DNA from: Patescibacteria group bacterium
Lineage (GTDB): Bacteria; Patescibacteriota; Patescibacteriia; Patescibacteriales; UBA12465
Length of the DNA: 64,000 nucleotides
Assembly: GCA_028687275.1 (NCBI GenBank)
Contig: JAQUAK010000001.1
Location: 356,213 to 420,212, forward strand
Direction of reading: 5' to 3'
Shown: in pieces, positions 46,605 to 56,046 of the stretch
How the letters are laid out: every line of letters begins with the position of its first letter
Numbering within the stretch: position 1 is the stretch's first letter
The notes under the pieces: model-generated
What the model was told of the DNA's origin: nothing
The model's database searches: none
The model's input: the letters and a program-made list of their open reading frames with translations, nothing else
Program-made: the position numbers and the translations under genes

Positions 46605-46675
46605 TCGGGGATCGTCTAATGGTAGGACAGCTGGTTCTGGTCCAGTCAATCGGGGTTCGAATCCCTGTCCCCGAG
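46605..46675 (+). tRNA. tRNA-Gln (anticodon CTG)
   Basis: Hand-folded cloverleaf: acceptor TCGGGGA/TCCCCGA with U1-A72 and G73, D stem GTCT/GGAC, anticodon stem GCTGG/CCAGT, loop TTCTGGT, T arm CGGGG-TTCGAAT-CCCTG. 71 nt, no encoded CCA. Confidence 0.9.
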
Positions 46676-46692
46676 CAGAATTTTTACGAAAA

Positions 46693-46731
46693 AATATCGC
46701 TAACTTTAGATAAGTCTAGCGGTATTTTTTT
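46693..46731 (+). terminator. Terminator after tRNA-Gln
   Basis: AATATCGCTA / TAGCGGTATT 10-bp stem (one G.U), 14-nt loop, T7 tail. Confidence 0.6.
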
Positions 46732-46732
46732 A

Positions 46733-46754
46733 TGGAGAGAAGCGGGACTCGAAC
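46733..46754 (-). pseudogene. Isolated tRNA 3'-end fragment (T-loop plus acceptor 3' strand)
   Basis: The reverse complement GTTCGAGTCCCGCTTCTCTCCA looks like G53-TTCGAGT-CCCGC plus an acceptor 3' strand. The sequence 5' of it (…GTCAAAA) cannot form the T stem, so the tRNA body is missing. Confidence 0.45.
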
Positions 46755-46814
46755 TTTTGACAAACTTTGTGTTGTGATACACTATAGATAGTTAATATTT
46801 AAATTTTAAATAAC

Positions 46815-47372
46815 ATGAAAAGGCAATTCAAAATTTTAATCTATTCTTTTATTTTTTTGTTATTAATTCTTGTTGCTTTATTTTTTTTAATCCCAAATAG
46901 CTGTGATAATGATTTTAAAGTATATTCTGAAAAAGGATATTGTGAATTTAATTTGAAAACCTGTGAGGGTTTATTTGGTTGTAAAGAATATAGTAATGTG
47001 CAAGTGCCATGTGGAAGCATGTCTACCCTGTGTGGCAAAAAAGTTCTTTGTGATTGTGGCGGTTTATCTAATAGTGGAACTATAGAATTAGAAAATGATG
47101 GTTTATTTACAGTTACAGGAGAGTTTATTTGCTTGCCTCTAAAAGATGAGAGCATCCCCCATAATGATTTGTGTGTATTTGGCATTAAGAATAGTAATAG
47201 TGATTATTATCGCCTGCAAGCGCCTAGTGATGATAAAAATAATGTAGTTAATAAGATAAAAAGGGGGCAAGAAATAGAAATTATAGGGGAACTGATAAAC
47301 GAAGAAAGTAGTGTTTATAGAACTTTAGGGACAATTAATGTGACAGGGATTAAATATTTATACACAAAATAA
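46815..47372 (+). CDS. Hypothetical Cys-rich secreted protein
   Basis: N-terminal TM/signal and a cluster of Cys residues within ~60 aa (CDNDF...CEFNLKTCEGLFGC...CGSMSTLCGKKVLCDC). No family recognised. Confidence 0.6.
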   Translation: MKRQFKILIYSFIFLLLILVALFFLIPNSCDNDFKVYSEKGYCEFNLKTCEGLFGCKEYSNVQVPCGSMSTLCGKKVLCDCGGLSNSGTIELENDGLFTVTGEFICLPLKDESIPHNDLCVFGIKNSNSDYYRLQAPSDDKNNVVNKIKRGQEIEIIGELINEESSVYRTLGTINVTGIKYLYTK

Positions 47373-47619
47373 AAATTTAAGAAGTAGTTATATATTTAAA
47401 AGTTTTAAAATAGGGTCCTGGTTAGTTATATTTTTATATTAAATCCCTTCCAATTGTATCTCAAACTCCGAGCAAATACATTAAATAGGCTAATTTTAGC
47501 TTATTTTTTGTTTTAATAATTTATGACAATACATTAAACTTTAAATAAACCTACTTAACAACAACTAAGTATGCTAGTATTAAGATATGAACTTATTATT
47601 TAAAAAATAACAGAATCAT

Positions 47620-47976
47620 ATGAAAATTTTTTTAACTTGGTTAATTAGCGCTCTAGCTTTATTAATTAGCGCTTGGCTTATTCCAGGAGTTTATATTACA
47701 GGCTTTGGCTCAGCCCTGTTAGCTGCTTTAATCTTAGGAGCTATTAATGCCATTATTCGACCTATTCTAATTATTCTTACTTTACCTATAAATATTTTAA
47801 CTTTAGGTCTATTTACCTTAGTGATTAATGCTCTTATGGTTGCTTTAGCCGCCTATGTTTTACCTGGATTTAGTATTGCTAATTTTGGCGTTGCTATTAT
47901 TTTTAGTATTATTTTAATGATTATCACCTCTATCATGCAGAGTTTAATTAAAGAAAAGGGAAACTCAAGTAAATAA
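47620..47976 (+). CDS. Phage-holin-family-4 / DUF360 (YvlD-like) membrane protein
   Basis: WLISALALLISAWLIPGVYITGFGSALLAALILGAINAIIRPILIILTLPINILTLGLFTLVINALM matches the DUF360 pattern. Confidence 0.8.
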   Translation: MKIFLTWLISALALLISAWLIPGVYITGFGSALLAALILGAINAIIRPILIILTLPINILTLGLFTLVINALMVALAAYVLPGFSIANFGVAIIFSIILMIITSIMQSLIKEKGNSSK

Positions 47977-48109
47977 ATATAAAGTAGTGTATATGATCAG
48001 AAAAATAAAAAATAAATAATGATATATACAGAGGTGTTGATAATTTTTCCGAATATTATTCCAACTATATCCCTTGCTATGTATCTGAAAAATATTAAAC
48101 AAAATAGAC

Positions 48110-48136
48110 AAAATAGCACTTTTTGTGCTATTTTTG
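48110..48136 (+). terminator. Rho-independent terminator
   Basis: AATAGCAC / GTGCTATT stem, T5 loop, T-run. The track TTG start at 48123 lies inside this hairpin. Confidence 0.65.
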
Positions 48137-48161
48137 TTATATAAACATAAAATTTAAAAGT

Positions 48162-48962
48162 ATGCGTAATAACAACATCTTACTCAATGTTCTAGCAGCA
48201 CTTACTTATGTAGCTATGGTGGTGGTTAATTTTTTAGCTAATGCCTTGCCGATAAATAATCGTTCGACTGGTGCTATTTCTGATGCTTATCCTAATTTAT
48301 TTGCTCCAGCTGGTCTAACATTTTCTATCTGGGGTCTAATCTATTTACTTTTGGCTGGCTATGTTTTGTATCAGTTCGGCCTTTTTCAGAGTGATAGGGG
48401 ACGTGGAAGAGTAGAGTTATTTAGGAAAATTAATTTCTATTTCATTATTAGCTCAATAGCTAATATTGCTTGGATTTTTTCTTGGCACTATGATTTCATG
48501 GGAATTTCGGTTCTAATTATGGGTCTAATATTATTTTCTTTAATTAAAATCGCAGACATTTTAAATAAAGAGAAATTTTCATCAAAAGAAAATTTCTTTC
48601 TGCGCATTCCATTTAACGTATACTTTGGTTGGATTACGGTAGCTACAATCGCTAACATAACAGTTTTTTTAGTAAGTATTAATTGGAATGGGCTGGGAAT
48701 TTCTACTCAGATTTGGACTATAGTAGTTTTATTGGCAGGCCTGCTTATTGGCGTATTAAGGATGCTTAAAGATAGGGCGGTGGCCTATGGTTTAGTTTTG
48801 ATTTGGGCTTATGCCGGCATTCTATTAAAACATATTTCGGCAGACGGTTTTTCTGGTCAGTATCAGGGAGTAGTTATTACCACCTTAATTTGTATTTTGG
48901 GTTTTCTAATTAGTCTCGCTATGGTTATTAGAAAAAATATAAAATTAAAAAAATATGAATAA
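48162..48962 (+). CDS. Polytopic membrane protein, TspO/MBR-related (tentative)
   Basis: ATG 48162 (MRNNNILLNVL). NALPINNRSTGAISDAYPNLFAPAGLTFSIWGLIYLLL resembles the long TspO-like family. Assignment is from memory only. Confidence 0.55.
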   Translation: MRNNNILLNVLAALTYVAMVVVNFLANALPINNRSTGAISDAYPNLFAPAGLTFSIWGLIYLLLAGYVLYQFGLFQSDRGRGRVELFRKINFYFIISSIANIAWIFSWHYDFMGISVLIMGLILFSLIKIADILNKEKFSSKENFFLRIPFNVYFGWITVATIANITVFLVSINWNGLGISTQIWTIVVLLAGLLIGVLRMLKDRAVAYGLVLIWAYAGILLKHISADGFSGQYQGVVITTLICILGFLISLAMVIRKNIKLKKYE

Positions 48963-49449
48963 TTTTTATGATTTCATAGCTGAAGATTCTAATGGCCAGA
49001 ATATTAAAATGTCTGACTACCGCGGTCAAGTAGTTTTAGTTGTTAATACAGCCAGTAATTGTGGATTTACTAAGCAATATGCCGGCCTAGAAAAAATATA
49101 TCAAGACTATAAAAATCAAGATTTTATTATTTTAGCTTTCCCTTGTAATCAGTTTGCTGGTCAGGAACCAAAAGATGGGGCGGATATTGTTTCTTTTTGC
49201 CAACTAAACTACGGCGTTAGCTTTCCAATTTTTAAAAAGATAAAAGTTAATGGTCGAGATGCTCATCCGCTTTTTACTTATTTAAAACAAGAATTATCAG
49301 GAATATTAGGTGGTCGTATTAAATGGAATTTTACTAAGTTTTTGATTGACCGCTCAGGTCAACCCCTTAAACGATTCGCATCCGCGGAGACACCCGAAGA
49401 GATTGATAAATATCTAATTAAAAATAAAATTTTAGATAAAGTTAAATAA
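48955..49449 (+). CDS. Glutathione peroxidase (Cys type)
   Basis: VVLVVNTASNCGFTKQY...LAFPCNQFAGQEP...IKWNFTKFLI. Confidence 0.92.
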   Translation: MNNFYDFIAEDSNGQNIKMSDYRGQVVLVVNTASNCGFTKQYAGLEKIYQDYKNQDFIILAFPCNQFAGQEPKDGADIVSFCQLNYGVSFPIFKKIKVNGRDAHPLFTYLKQELSGILGGRIKWNFTKFLIDRSGQPLKRFASAETPEEIDKYLIKNKILDKVK

Positions 49450-49463
49450 TTAATTATCAATAT

Positions 49464-49862
49464 ATGAAAGGATTTAACACAAACATCGAAAAAGCAACTT
49501 TAGAGAATAACTATTTTCGTAAAGTTCTTTATACGGGCCAGCATAGTCAGTTAGTCTTAATGTCCTTAAAACCAGAAGAAGAAATTGGCCTTGAGACTCA
49601 TACAGAGAATGATCAATTTTTTCGCTTTGAAAAAGGAGAAGGCAAATGTATAATTGATGGAAATGAATATTTAGTTATAGACGGCTCAGCTGTAATTGTG
49701 CCAGCCGGAGCAGAGCACAATATTATAAATCTTTCTAAAACAGACGATTTAAAGTTGTATACAATTTATTCTCCCGCTCATCATAAGGATCAAATCATTA
49801 GAATAAGTAAGGAAGAGGCTGAGGCAAATGATGAAGAGTTTGACGGTAAAACCACGGAGTAG
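49464..49862 (+). CDS. Cupin-domain protein
   Basis: GLETHTENDQFFRFEKGEG...VPAGAEHNIIN: the two cupin His/Glu motifs. Confidence 0.75.
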   Translation: MKGFNTNIEKATLENNYFRKVLYTGQHSQLVLMSLKPEEEIGLETHTENDQFFRFEKGEGKCIIDGNEYLVIDGSAVIVPAGAEHNIINLSKTDDLKLYTIYSPAHHKDQIIRISKEEAEANDEEFDGKTTE

Positions 49863-49889
49863 TTTTTATAATAGTCTAAATTTATAGGC

Positions 49890-52631
49890 ATGAAGATAGA
49901 AAAGATAATATTTTTAATATTTACCCTAGTATTAATAAGTGGTTTTTATTTAAATAAAAATTACAACTTATATTTATTAGATTATCTTTATTGGGCGCCT
50001 ACTGCTCAGGCAACAGGGGCTGCTAGTGGGTCTTTAATTAAGGTTGCTGAAACATCTTCTGTTTATTATCTAGGTAATGATGGCAAACGTTACGTTTTTC
50101 CTTCGGAGCCTATTTATTTCTCTTGGTATAAAAATTTTGATAGTGTTATTATTGTTCCCGCCATTGAATTACAGACCTATCCTTTAGGTGGTAATGTGGT
50201 GATGCGGGCCGGAACTAAGTTAATAAAAATTACTACCAACCCATCCGTTTATGCTGTTGAGCCCGGAGGAATGCTAAGAAAAATAAAAAATGAAGAGCAG
50301 GCGCAAAGGTTGTATGGTGATAATTGGGCAAAAAGAGTGCAAGATTTATCTGATGCCTTTTTCGGCGATTATAAGATTGGCGATGAGCTGGCTGACAATC
50401 AAATTCCCGCCGGCTCTCTTGTTAAGAATAAAAATGAAGACTCTTACTACTATTATGATGGTGAAGTATACCGAAAAATTACTAGTGCCAACGCTTTTTA
50501 TGCTAACCGTTTTTATTCAGAATATATTCTTAATACCAGTAATACAATCCAAAATAATGGAGAATCAATTTCTGCTTCGGATAATAATTTATTAATCTTA
50601 ATTTCCAAAAAAATTGACAATGGCGCTTCCGAAAATAGCAATAACAAGGTTATAAATAATAATTCTGGTGGAATGAGCGGTGGCGGAGGAGGTGGCGGGG
50701 GGAGCGGAGGTGTTACACCTAGCTGTAGCGGTAGCTCTACTCAATCTTGTGTAATCAACAACGGACAAGGAAATCAAGCAAGGTCTTGCACTTTGGGTGT
50801 TTGGTCAGCTTGGGGAAGCTGTTCCTTAGTTTCATGTAATGAAGGCTATCAAATTAGTAATAACACTTGTGTTCCTTTAAGCTGTAGCGGTAGTTCTACT
50901 CAATCTTGTGTAATCAACAACGGACAAGGAAATCAAGCAAGGTCTTGCACTTTGGGTGTTTGGTCAGCTTGGGGAAGCTGTTCCTTAGTTTCATGTAATG
51001 AAGGCTATCAAATTAGTAATAACACTTGTGTACTTAGTAGTAATGATGATTTAACAGAGATTAATTCGCGAAAATTAATACATGATCAAAATTTTGTGAT
51101 TCCCAGCAATGCTAGTAATGGTGATTTAGTTGGTGAAATTAATAATTTCTGGGGTGATTGGGAAAATAGAACCATTGCCTATAGCATTAATGGTAATAAT
51201 TCATTTAGTATAGATGTTAATGGTAGGATTATTTTACTTAATAAAGATGTTTTAAGTGGCCAAAGTAATATTAATTTAATAGTTCAAGCAGAGGATAACG
51301 TAGAGCAAGAATATGAAACAGCGCTTATCTCTATTCGTATTTTACCAATTTTAGAAACTTATTTTATTGATCCAAGTGTGGCTGATAATGGCAATGGAAC
51401 CAAGGAAAGTCCTTATAAAAATTGGTCTGATGTTAGCATAGTTGCCAATAGAAATTATTTGCAAAAAAGGGGCACTGAGGCAATTATTTCTAGTCGCATC
51501 AGTATTAACAACATAGATAATGTCACCATTGGTGCTTATGGCAGCAATGAGGCTCGACCAAAAATTAGAGGTTGGAATATCACTGGCAGTAGCAATGGCG
51601 CTATGGGTTTAAGTGGTGATAATAATACTATCCGTGATTTAGATATTGATGCTCGCCAGTCCACCAGTGGTATTTATATAGGCTCTAGTACAAATGCGGT
51701 AGTTGATAATTGTCGCATTAAAAATAGTGAATGGGCGCTTAGAACAATGGTTAGTGGTGATGGCACAAAGATTGTTAATTCTGAGATTGCCCACACAGGA
51801 GACGATGGTCATTATAATCAAAACCATAACGACATGGAAATAGCTCATAACTACATTCATCATGTTAATCAAAAATGGAATGAAAATAGTTATTGGTATA
51901 ATGGCAAAACCGAAGATGAATCACCCGGAGATGGCATTCAATTAAACGGCACAGCTTTTAATTTTAATATTCATCACAATATTATAGATCGATCTGACAC
52001 AGGGAATAAGTTCTGTGTGCTTGTGGGGTTATTATCTAGCCCTGTTAATACTAATGGTTTATTAGAAAATAACTACTGCAAAATGGGAACAGGTACTCAG
52101 GGTTTTTATATTGAGCGCGGGGCAGTGGGCATTAAAGTGCGTTATAATACTTTTATTGATGGACGTGGTATTTTTACTCACGCCACAGATTTAAATGTTT
52201 CTTACAATCTTTTCCTAAATTCTAGAGCTTCTTTTGGTGAGCCTGGATCAAGTTATAAAGTTTATAATAATATCTTTTACGGCACTGGAGCTGGTTTGTA
52301 CTCGGTATCAATGTGGAGAGATAATCTTGACATGCGTAATAATATTTTCTTTTTTACTAATGAAACAGCGGGTGGTCTCCAAAACTCATCTCAATATACT
52401 GTAATTACCGAGAATAATTTTTATTATCCAAATTTTAGAGGCGCAGGATCATCCACTACTAATATTATTGGAAATCCTTTATTTGTTAATCCCTTAATCG
52501 GTGATTTCCGCCTACAGGCAGAATCACCTGCAATTGGCTCAGGCGTAAACGTTGGTGAAACCCATGATTTTTATTTAAATCCCTTAAATAGCAATATTAA
52601 TATTGGCTTATGGCAAAATCCATCACCTTAA
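49890..52631 (+). CDS. Large secreted protein: N-terminal repeats, Gly linker, duplicated Cys-rich module, cadherin-like domain, right-handed parallel beta-helix
   Basis: Signal/TM anchor, GGMSGGGGGGGGSGG, two 53-aa Cys-rich units, and C-terminal repeated NN(I/Y)F/xHHN turns typical of PbH1/pectate-lyase-fold proteins. Confidence 0.8.
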   Translation: MKIEKIIFLIFTLVLISGFYLNKNYNLYLLDYLYWAPTAQATGAASGSLIKVAETSSVYYLGNDGKRYVFPSEPIYFSWYKNFDSVIIVPAIELQTYPLGGNVVMRAGTKLIKITTNPSVYAVEPGGMLRKIKNEEQAQRLYGDNWAKRVQDLSDAFFGDYKIGDELADNQIPAGSLVKNKNEDSYYYYDGEVYRKITSANAFYANRFYSEYILNTSNTIQNNGESISASDNNLLILISKKIDNGASENSNNKVINNNSGGMSGGGGGGGGSGGVTPSCSGSSTQSCVINNGQGNQARSCTLGVWSAWGSCSLVSCNEGYQISNNTCVPLSCSGSSTQSCVINNGQGNQARSCTLGVWSAWGSCSLVSCNEGYQISNNTCVLSSNDDLTEINSRKLIHDQNFVIPSNASNGDLVGEINNFWGDWENRTIAYSINGNNSFSIDVNGRIILLNKDVLSGQSNINLIVQAEDNVEQEYETALISIRILPILETYFIDPSVADNGNGTKESPYKNWSDVSIVANRNYLQKRGTEAIISSRISINNIDNVTIGAYGSNEARPKIRGWNITGSSNGAMGLSGDNNTIRDLDIDARQSTSGIYIGSSTNAVVDNCRIKNSEWALRTMVSGDGTKIVNSEIAHTGDDGHYNQNHNDMEIAHNYIHHVNQKWNENSYWYNGKTEDESPGDGIQLNGTAFNFNIHHNIIDRSDTGNKFCVLVGLLSSPVNTNGLLENNYCKMGTGTQGFYIERGAVGIKVRYNTFIDGRGIFTHATDLNVSYNLFLNSRASFGEPGSSYKVYNNIFYGTGAGLYSVSMWRDNLDMRNNIFFFTNETAGGLQNSSQYTVITENNFYYPNFRGAGSSTTNIIGNPLFVNPLIGDFRLQAESPAIGSGVNVGETHDFYLNPLNSNINIGLWQNPSP
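50721..51031 (+). repeat. Near-perfect in-frame tandem duplication, period 159 bp
   Basis: 50721-50872 equals 50880-51031 except C50735/T50894, by direct comparison. Confidence 0.95.
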
Positions 52632-52665
52632 GAAAGATGGGGTTAGGATATAAAGAATTAACAAT

Positions 52666-53253
52666 ATGGAAATAAAAGCTATTTTTGGGATTCTTTCTTC
52701 AATTGTTTTGATAGTGGGCGGGGTGCCATATTTAAGGGATATATACAATAAGAAGGTTCGTCCTCATGTTTTGTCATGGATTGGCTGGTCATTTATTACC
52801 GCCATTGGAGCCTTTGCTATGTTAGCAAGTGGTAGCGAATGGGTTGTTGCTATTTTATTTGCAAATACTATTTTATGTCTTGTAATTGCTGTATATTCAG
52901 TTATGCAAAAAGTTGGGATTTGGTCTGCCTCAATTTATGATTTTATATTTTTTGGGATGGGTATTTTAGGTCTCATTTTATGGCAAGTTATTGGCTCGCC
53001 TATTATAGCCCTTATCTTTGCCATATTAGCTGATTTATCCTTTGGTCTGCCCACAATTATCAAAACGTTTAAAAGTCCAGACAGTGAGACCTATTTTGCT
53101 TGGTTAGCTTCAGCTATTTCTGGGCTCTTGTCTCTTTTTGCTATTAGGCAGTACACATTCTCAGAGATAGCCTACCCCTTCTATTTATTTATATTTGACT
53201 TTATATTGCTTTTATTAGCTCTAAAGATAATTAAAAAGAAGGTTAGAGCATAA
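52666..53253 (+). CDS. Hypothetical 6-TM membrane protein
   Basis: 195 aa, hydrophobic throughout. No motif recognised. Confidence 0.6.
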   Translation: MEIKAIFGILSSIVLIVGGVPYLRDIYNKKVRPHVLSWIGWSFITAIGAFAMLASGSEWVVAILFANTILCLVIAVYSVMQKVGIWSASIYDFIFFGMGILGLILWQVIGSPIIALIFAILADLSFGLPTIIKTFKSPDSETYFAWLASAISGLLSLFAIRQYTFSEIAYPFYLFIFDFILLLLALKIIKKKVRA

Positions 53254-53282
53254 CCTTTTTTATATCTCAAAAAAGATAATGA

Positions 53283-53312
53283 TTGACAAAATATATGCCA
53301 ATGTGGTATATT
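53283..53312 (+). promoter_or_regulatory. Strong sigma70-type promoter with extended -10
   Basis: TTGACA (53283-53288), 18 nt ending in TGg, TATATT (53307-53312). Confidence 0.55.
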
Positions 53313-53361
53313 TTTTGTTGTACTTTAAAATAATCATTTAAATAAAAAGAGAGGAGAGAAA

Positions 53362-54048
53362 ATGAAAAAGCGTTTAAAGGTAGTCCTTGCAGGGCTAATT
53401 GTTTTTGCGGTTATTCAAGGCTGCGAAAAGAACTCAATTTCTCAGGAATTAGATTCTTTTGATTCTTGGAGTAATTCTTTATCATTAGCAGATGTTCAGG
53501 CTATGTATAATTCAGGAGAGTCCTTTATGTTTGATGCTCGTTATTTGAGTTATACTGGGCCATTTTCAATGAAAGACTCTATCACAAATCTCGGAGTAGA
53601 CAATGAAGACATGGAATATCCGTACACGAACTCTGAGGGTCTAACTAAGGTTAGTTATCGTGATTCATTAATTTTTCAAAATTCTTGGAATAATTATTAT
53701 ATGGATCCAGCGCGCTCTATGACAATGGTTAGATTTGGAGAATTGCATAACTTGCAATGTTTAAGAATAACCAACCAAAGTCATTTTCCTCCTAATTTAG
53801 AGTGGACGAATGGCTACTACGGCACAGAACATCGTTTTTTTATCGAGAAGGAGGGTGACTTCAAAGAATTAATACTTAAAGATTACGGCGTAAGCTATAG
53901 TCTTGCAGAAATAAAGAAGAGCCCCAGAGAAGGGGTAATTATATTACTCTCTTCTGATTTTCCCAGATCTTTTCCTAAATTTAATTATCTGATACTGCTA
54001 GATTTATGCAGTGAAAATTACAAGATATTTAAATTTGATCATTGGTAA
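53362..54048 (+). CDS. Hypothetical lipoprotein
   Basis: MKKRLKVVLAGLIVFAVIQGC lipobox. One of the few genes with a clear SD (AGAGGAGAG, 3-4 nt gap to ATG). Confidence 0.65.
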   Translation: MKKRLKVVLAGLIVFAVIQGCEKNSISQELDSFDSWSNSLSLADVQAMYNSGESFMFDARYLSYTGPFSMKDSITNLGVDNEDMEYPYTNSEGLTKVSYRDSLIFQNSWNNYYMDPARSMTMVRFGELHNLQCLRITNQSHFPPNLEWTNGYYGTEHRFFIEKEGDFKELILKDYGVSYSLAEIKKSPREGVIILLSSDFPRSFPKFNYLILLDLCSENYKIFKFDHW

Positions 54049-54123
54049 TGTATTTCAGGGGCTAGGTTTCTTAACTTGGCCCTTTTTTATTTTTTAAACA
54101 GAAATGTGTTATAATATTAGTAT

Positions 54124-54870
54124 ATGCTTCATAAGAAAATAAACTATTTAATGCTAATTTTAGCTATCTTACTAGGATATTTGTATTTATCCCATACACT
54201 GATTTATTATAGAATTCATTCTGCTCATTTGCAGGCGACAAATAATAAATATAGTTATGATTTAATAAGTAATCCTGCCGATGAAAATATATTAATCTAC
54301 GCTGCTGTCGGTGATAGTTTGACGGCTGGTGTTGGCACAAGTTTTTATGAAGAGTCTTATCCGTATTTATTAGCTAATAAAATATCGGCGGAAGGTAAAA
54401 ATATTATTCATGAAAATTTTTCATATCCTGGCGCACGTACCGAAAATATCGTTAATGATTTTCTTAATCCAATAATTGAAGCTCAGCCTAATATTATTAC
54501 CTTACTTATAGGCACTAATGATATTCATGGAAAAGTAAACGTAAAACAATTTGAGGAAAATTACGAATTTATTTTAAAGGAGTTAAGTAGCAAAACTAAC
54601 GCTAAAATTTACCTCCTAAGTATTCCGCACATTGGTTCAAATACCCTTATTTTACCTCCATATAATTATTATTTTAACTATAAAGAAAATCAGTTTAATC
54701 GTGTAATTTATGCTTTAGGGCTTAAATATGAAGTTCAATATATAAATTTAACAGACCCTACCACCAAATCTTTAAAGTCTAATGGAGTCTATTACGCCGC
54801 AGATTCTTTTCACCCTTCAGCCCTAGGTTATGCCGACTGGGCAAATATAATTTATGCTAATATCAATTAG
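54124..54870 (+). CDS. SGNH/GDSL hydrolase
   Basis: AAVGDSLTAG (block I), GTNDI (block III), DSFHPS (block V). N-terminal TM anchor. Confidence 0.85.
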   Translation: MLHKKINYLMLILAILLGYLYLSHTLIYYRIHSAHLQATNNKYSYDLISNPADENILIYAAVGDSLTAGVGTSFYEESYPYLLANKISAEGKNIIHENFSYPGARTENIVNDFLNPIIEAQPNIITLLIGTNDIHGKVNVKQFEENYEFILKELSSKTNAKIYLLSIPHIGSNTLILPPYNYYFNYKENQFNRVIYALGLKYEVQYINLTDPTTKSLKSNGVYYAADSFHPSALGYADWANIIYANIN

Positions 54871-56026
54871 TGATCCAATTTCAGCAACTTACATATTCAC
54901 GGTAATTTTTATAGCAGCTCTGCTTCTGTCTATAAGGAGCAGAAATAAGAGCGAGATTTTTTCTAAGGTAACTACCTCTGAATTAAAAGGTCTCGCTATT
55001 TTACTAATTATCTTCTCACATATTGGCTATTTCCTTGTTAGCGACCATAGATTTCTATTTCCTTTATCAACTATGGCAGGAGTCGGGGTTAATTTGTTCT
55101 TATTCTTATCTGGCTTCGGCTTAGCACTCAGCTCTTTAAGAAAAGAAAAATCAGTTTGGCAATACCATGGGAAACGTATACTTAAGTTTTTTGTGCCGCT
55201 ATGGATAACTCTAACTGTTTTTTATATCTTAGATTACTTTTTACTACACAGTAATTATTCATGGACCTATATATTTCATTCTTTTGCAGGATTTTTTTCT
55301 AGAGCTGATTTATACGCTGATATTGACTCACCGCTTTGGTATATATCATTAATCTTGTTTTATTACCTAATTTTTCCGATACTTTTTTTAAAAAAATATC
55401 CCTGGCTTTCCAGCATTCTTATTTATGTCTTGAGTTATCTTATTATTTACATCAATCCTGATTTTTTAAGTGAGGTCATGCGTCTATATGAGGTCCATAT
55501 TTTAGCCTTCCCACTCGGAGTGATGGTTGGTGGTATGATCTCTTATCCTAATATAATTAGGACTTATCTAGCTAAAAATTTTGATAATTTTGTAGCCATC
55601 TTTTCTAAAAATAAATTTATTGTTAATATTTTTAATAAAAGTAGCTATTCTAATAGTCTTCTGACTATAAAAAAGATATTTGGGTTTATCCTAGTAGCTG
55701 GGCTGTTAATAATTGTGGCTTATACAGCTATCAATTCGGGAATAGGGGGCACGCCTAAACTAGAGCAAACAATTAGTTTAATCACTACCGCGGCATTAGT
55801 TATATTATTTTTACTAAAAAAGTTTGATATAAAACTACTGTATATCTTTGGTCTTTATTCCTATGAAATATTCTTGTTTCATTGGCCTATTTTATCTCGC
55901 TATGACTTTCTTTTTAAATCTTTACCCGCCTGGCTGGCCACTACTCTATATTTAGTTTTATTTCTGATTTTAGCTTGGATACTAAAAAAATGCTCAAAAG
56001 TTATCTATAAATTATTACATATATAA
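54854..56026 (+). CDS. Acyltransferase family 3 (OatA-like membrane O-acyltransferase)
   Basis: LKGLAILLIIFSHIGY, about 10 TM. Overlaps the SGNH gene by 17 nt. Confidence 0.8.
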   Translation: MLISISDPISATYIFTVIFIAALLLSIRSRNKSEIFSKVTTSELKGLAILLIIFSHIGYFLVSDHRFLFPLSTMAGVGVNLFLFLSGFGLALSSLRKEKSVWQYHGKRILKFFVPLWITLTVFYILDYFLLHSNYSWTYIFHSFAGFFSRADLYADIDSPLWYISLILFYYLIFPILFLKKYPWLSSILIYVLSYLIIYINPDFLSEVMRLYEVHILAFPLGVMVGGMISYPNIIRTYLAKNFDNFVAIFSKNKFIVNIFNKSSYSNSLLTIKKIFGFILVAGLLIIVAYTAINSGIGGTPKLEQTISLITTAALVILFLLKKFDIKLLYIFGLYSYEIFLFHWPILSRYDFLFKSLPAWLATTLYLVLFLILAWILKKCSKVIYKLLHI

Positions 56027-56046
56027 GATTTTTTCATTATAAAATT

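Noticed and set aside
48021-48146. 41-codon hydrophobic ORF (MIYTEVLIIFPNIIPTISLAMYL...) in the spacer after the holin-like gene
   Set aside because: It runs through the terminator hairpin at 48110-48136, has no SD or promoter of its own, and is AT-rich. Insufficient support.
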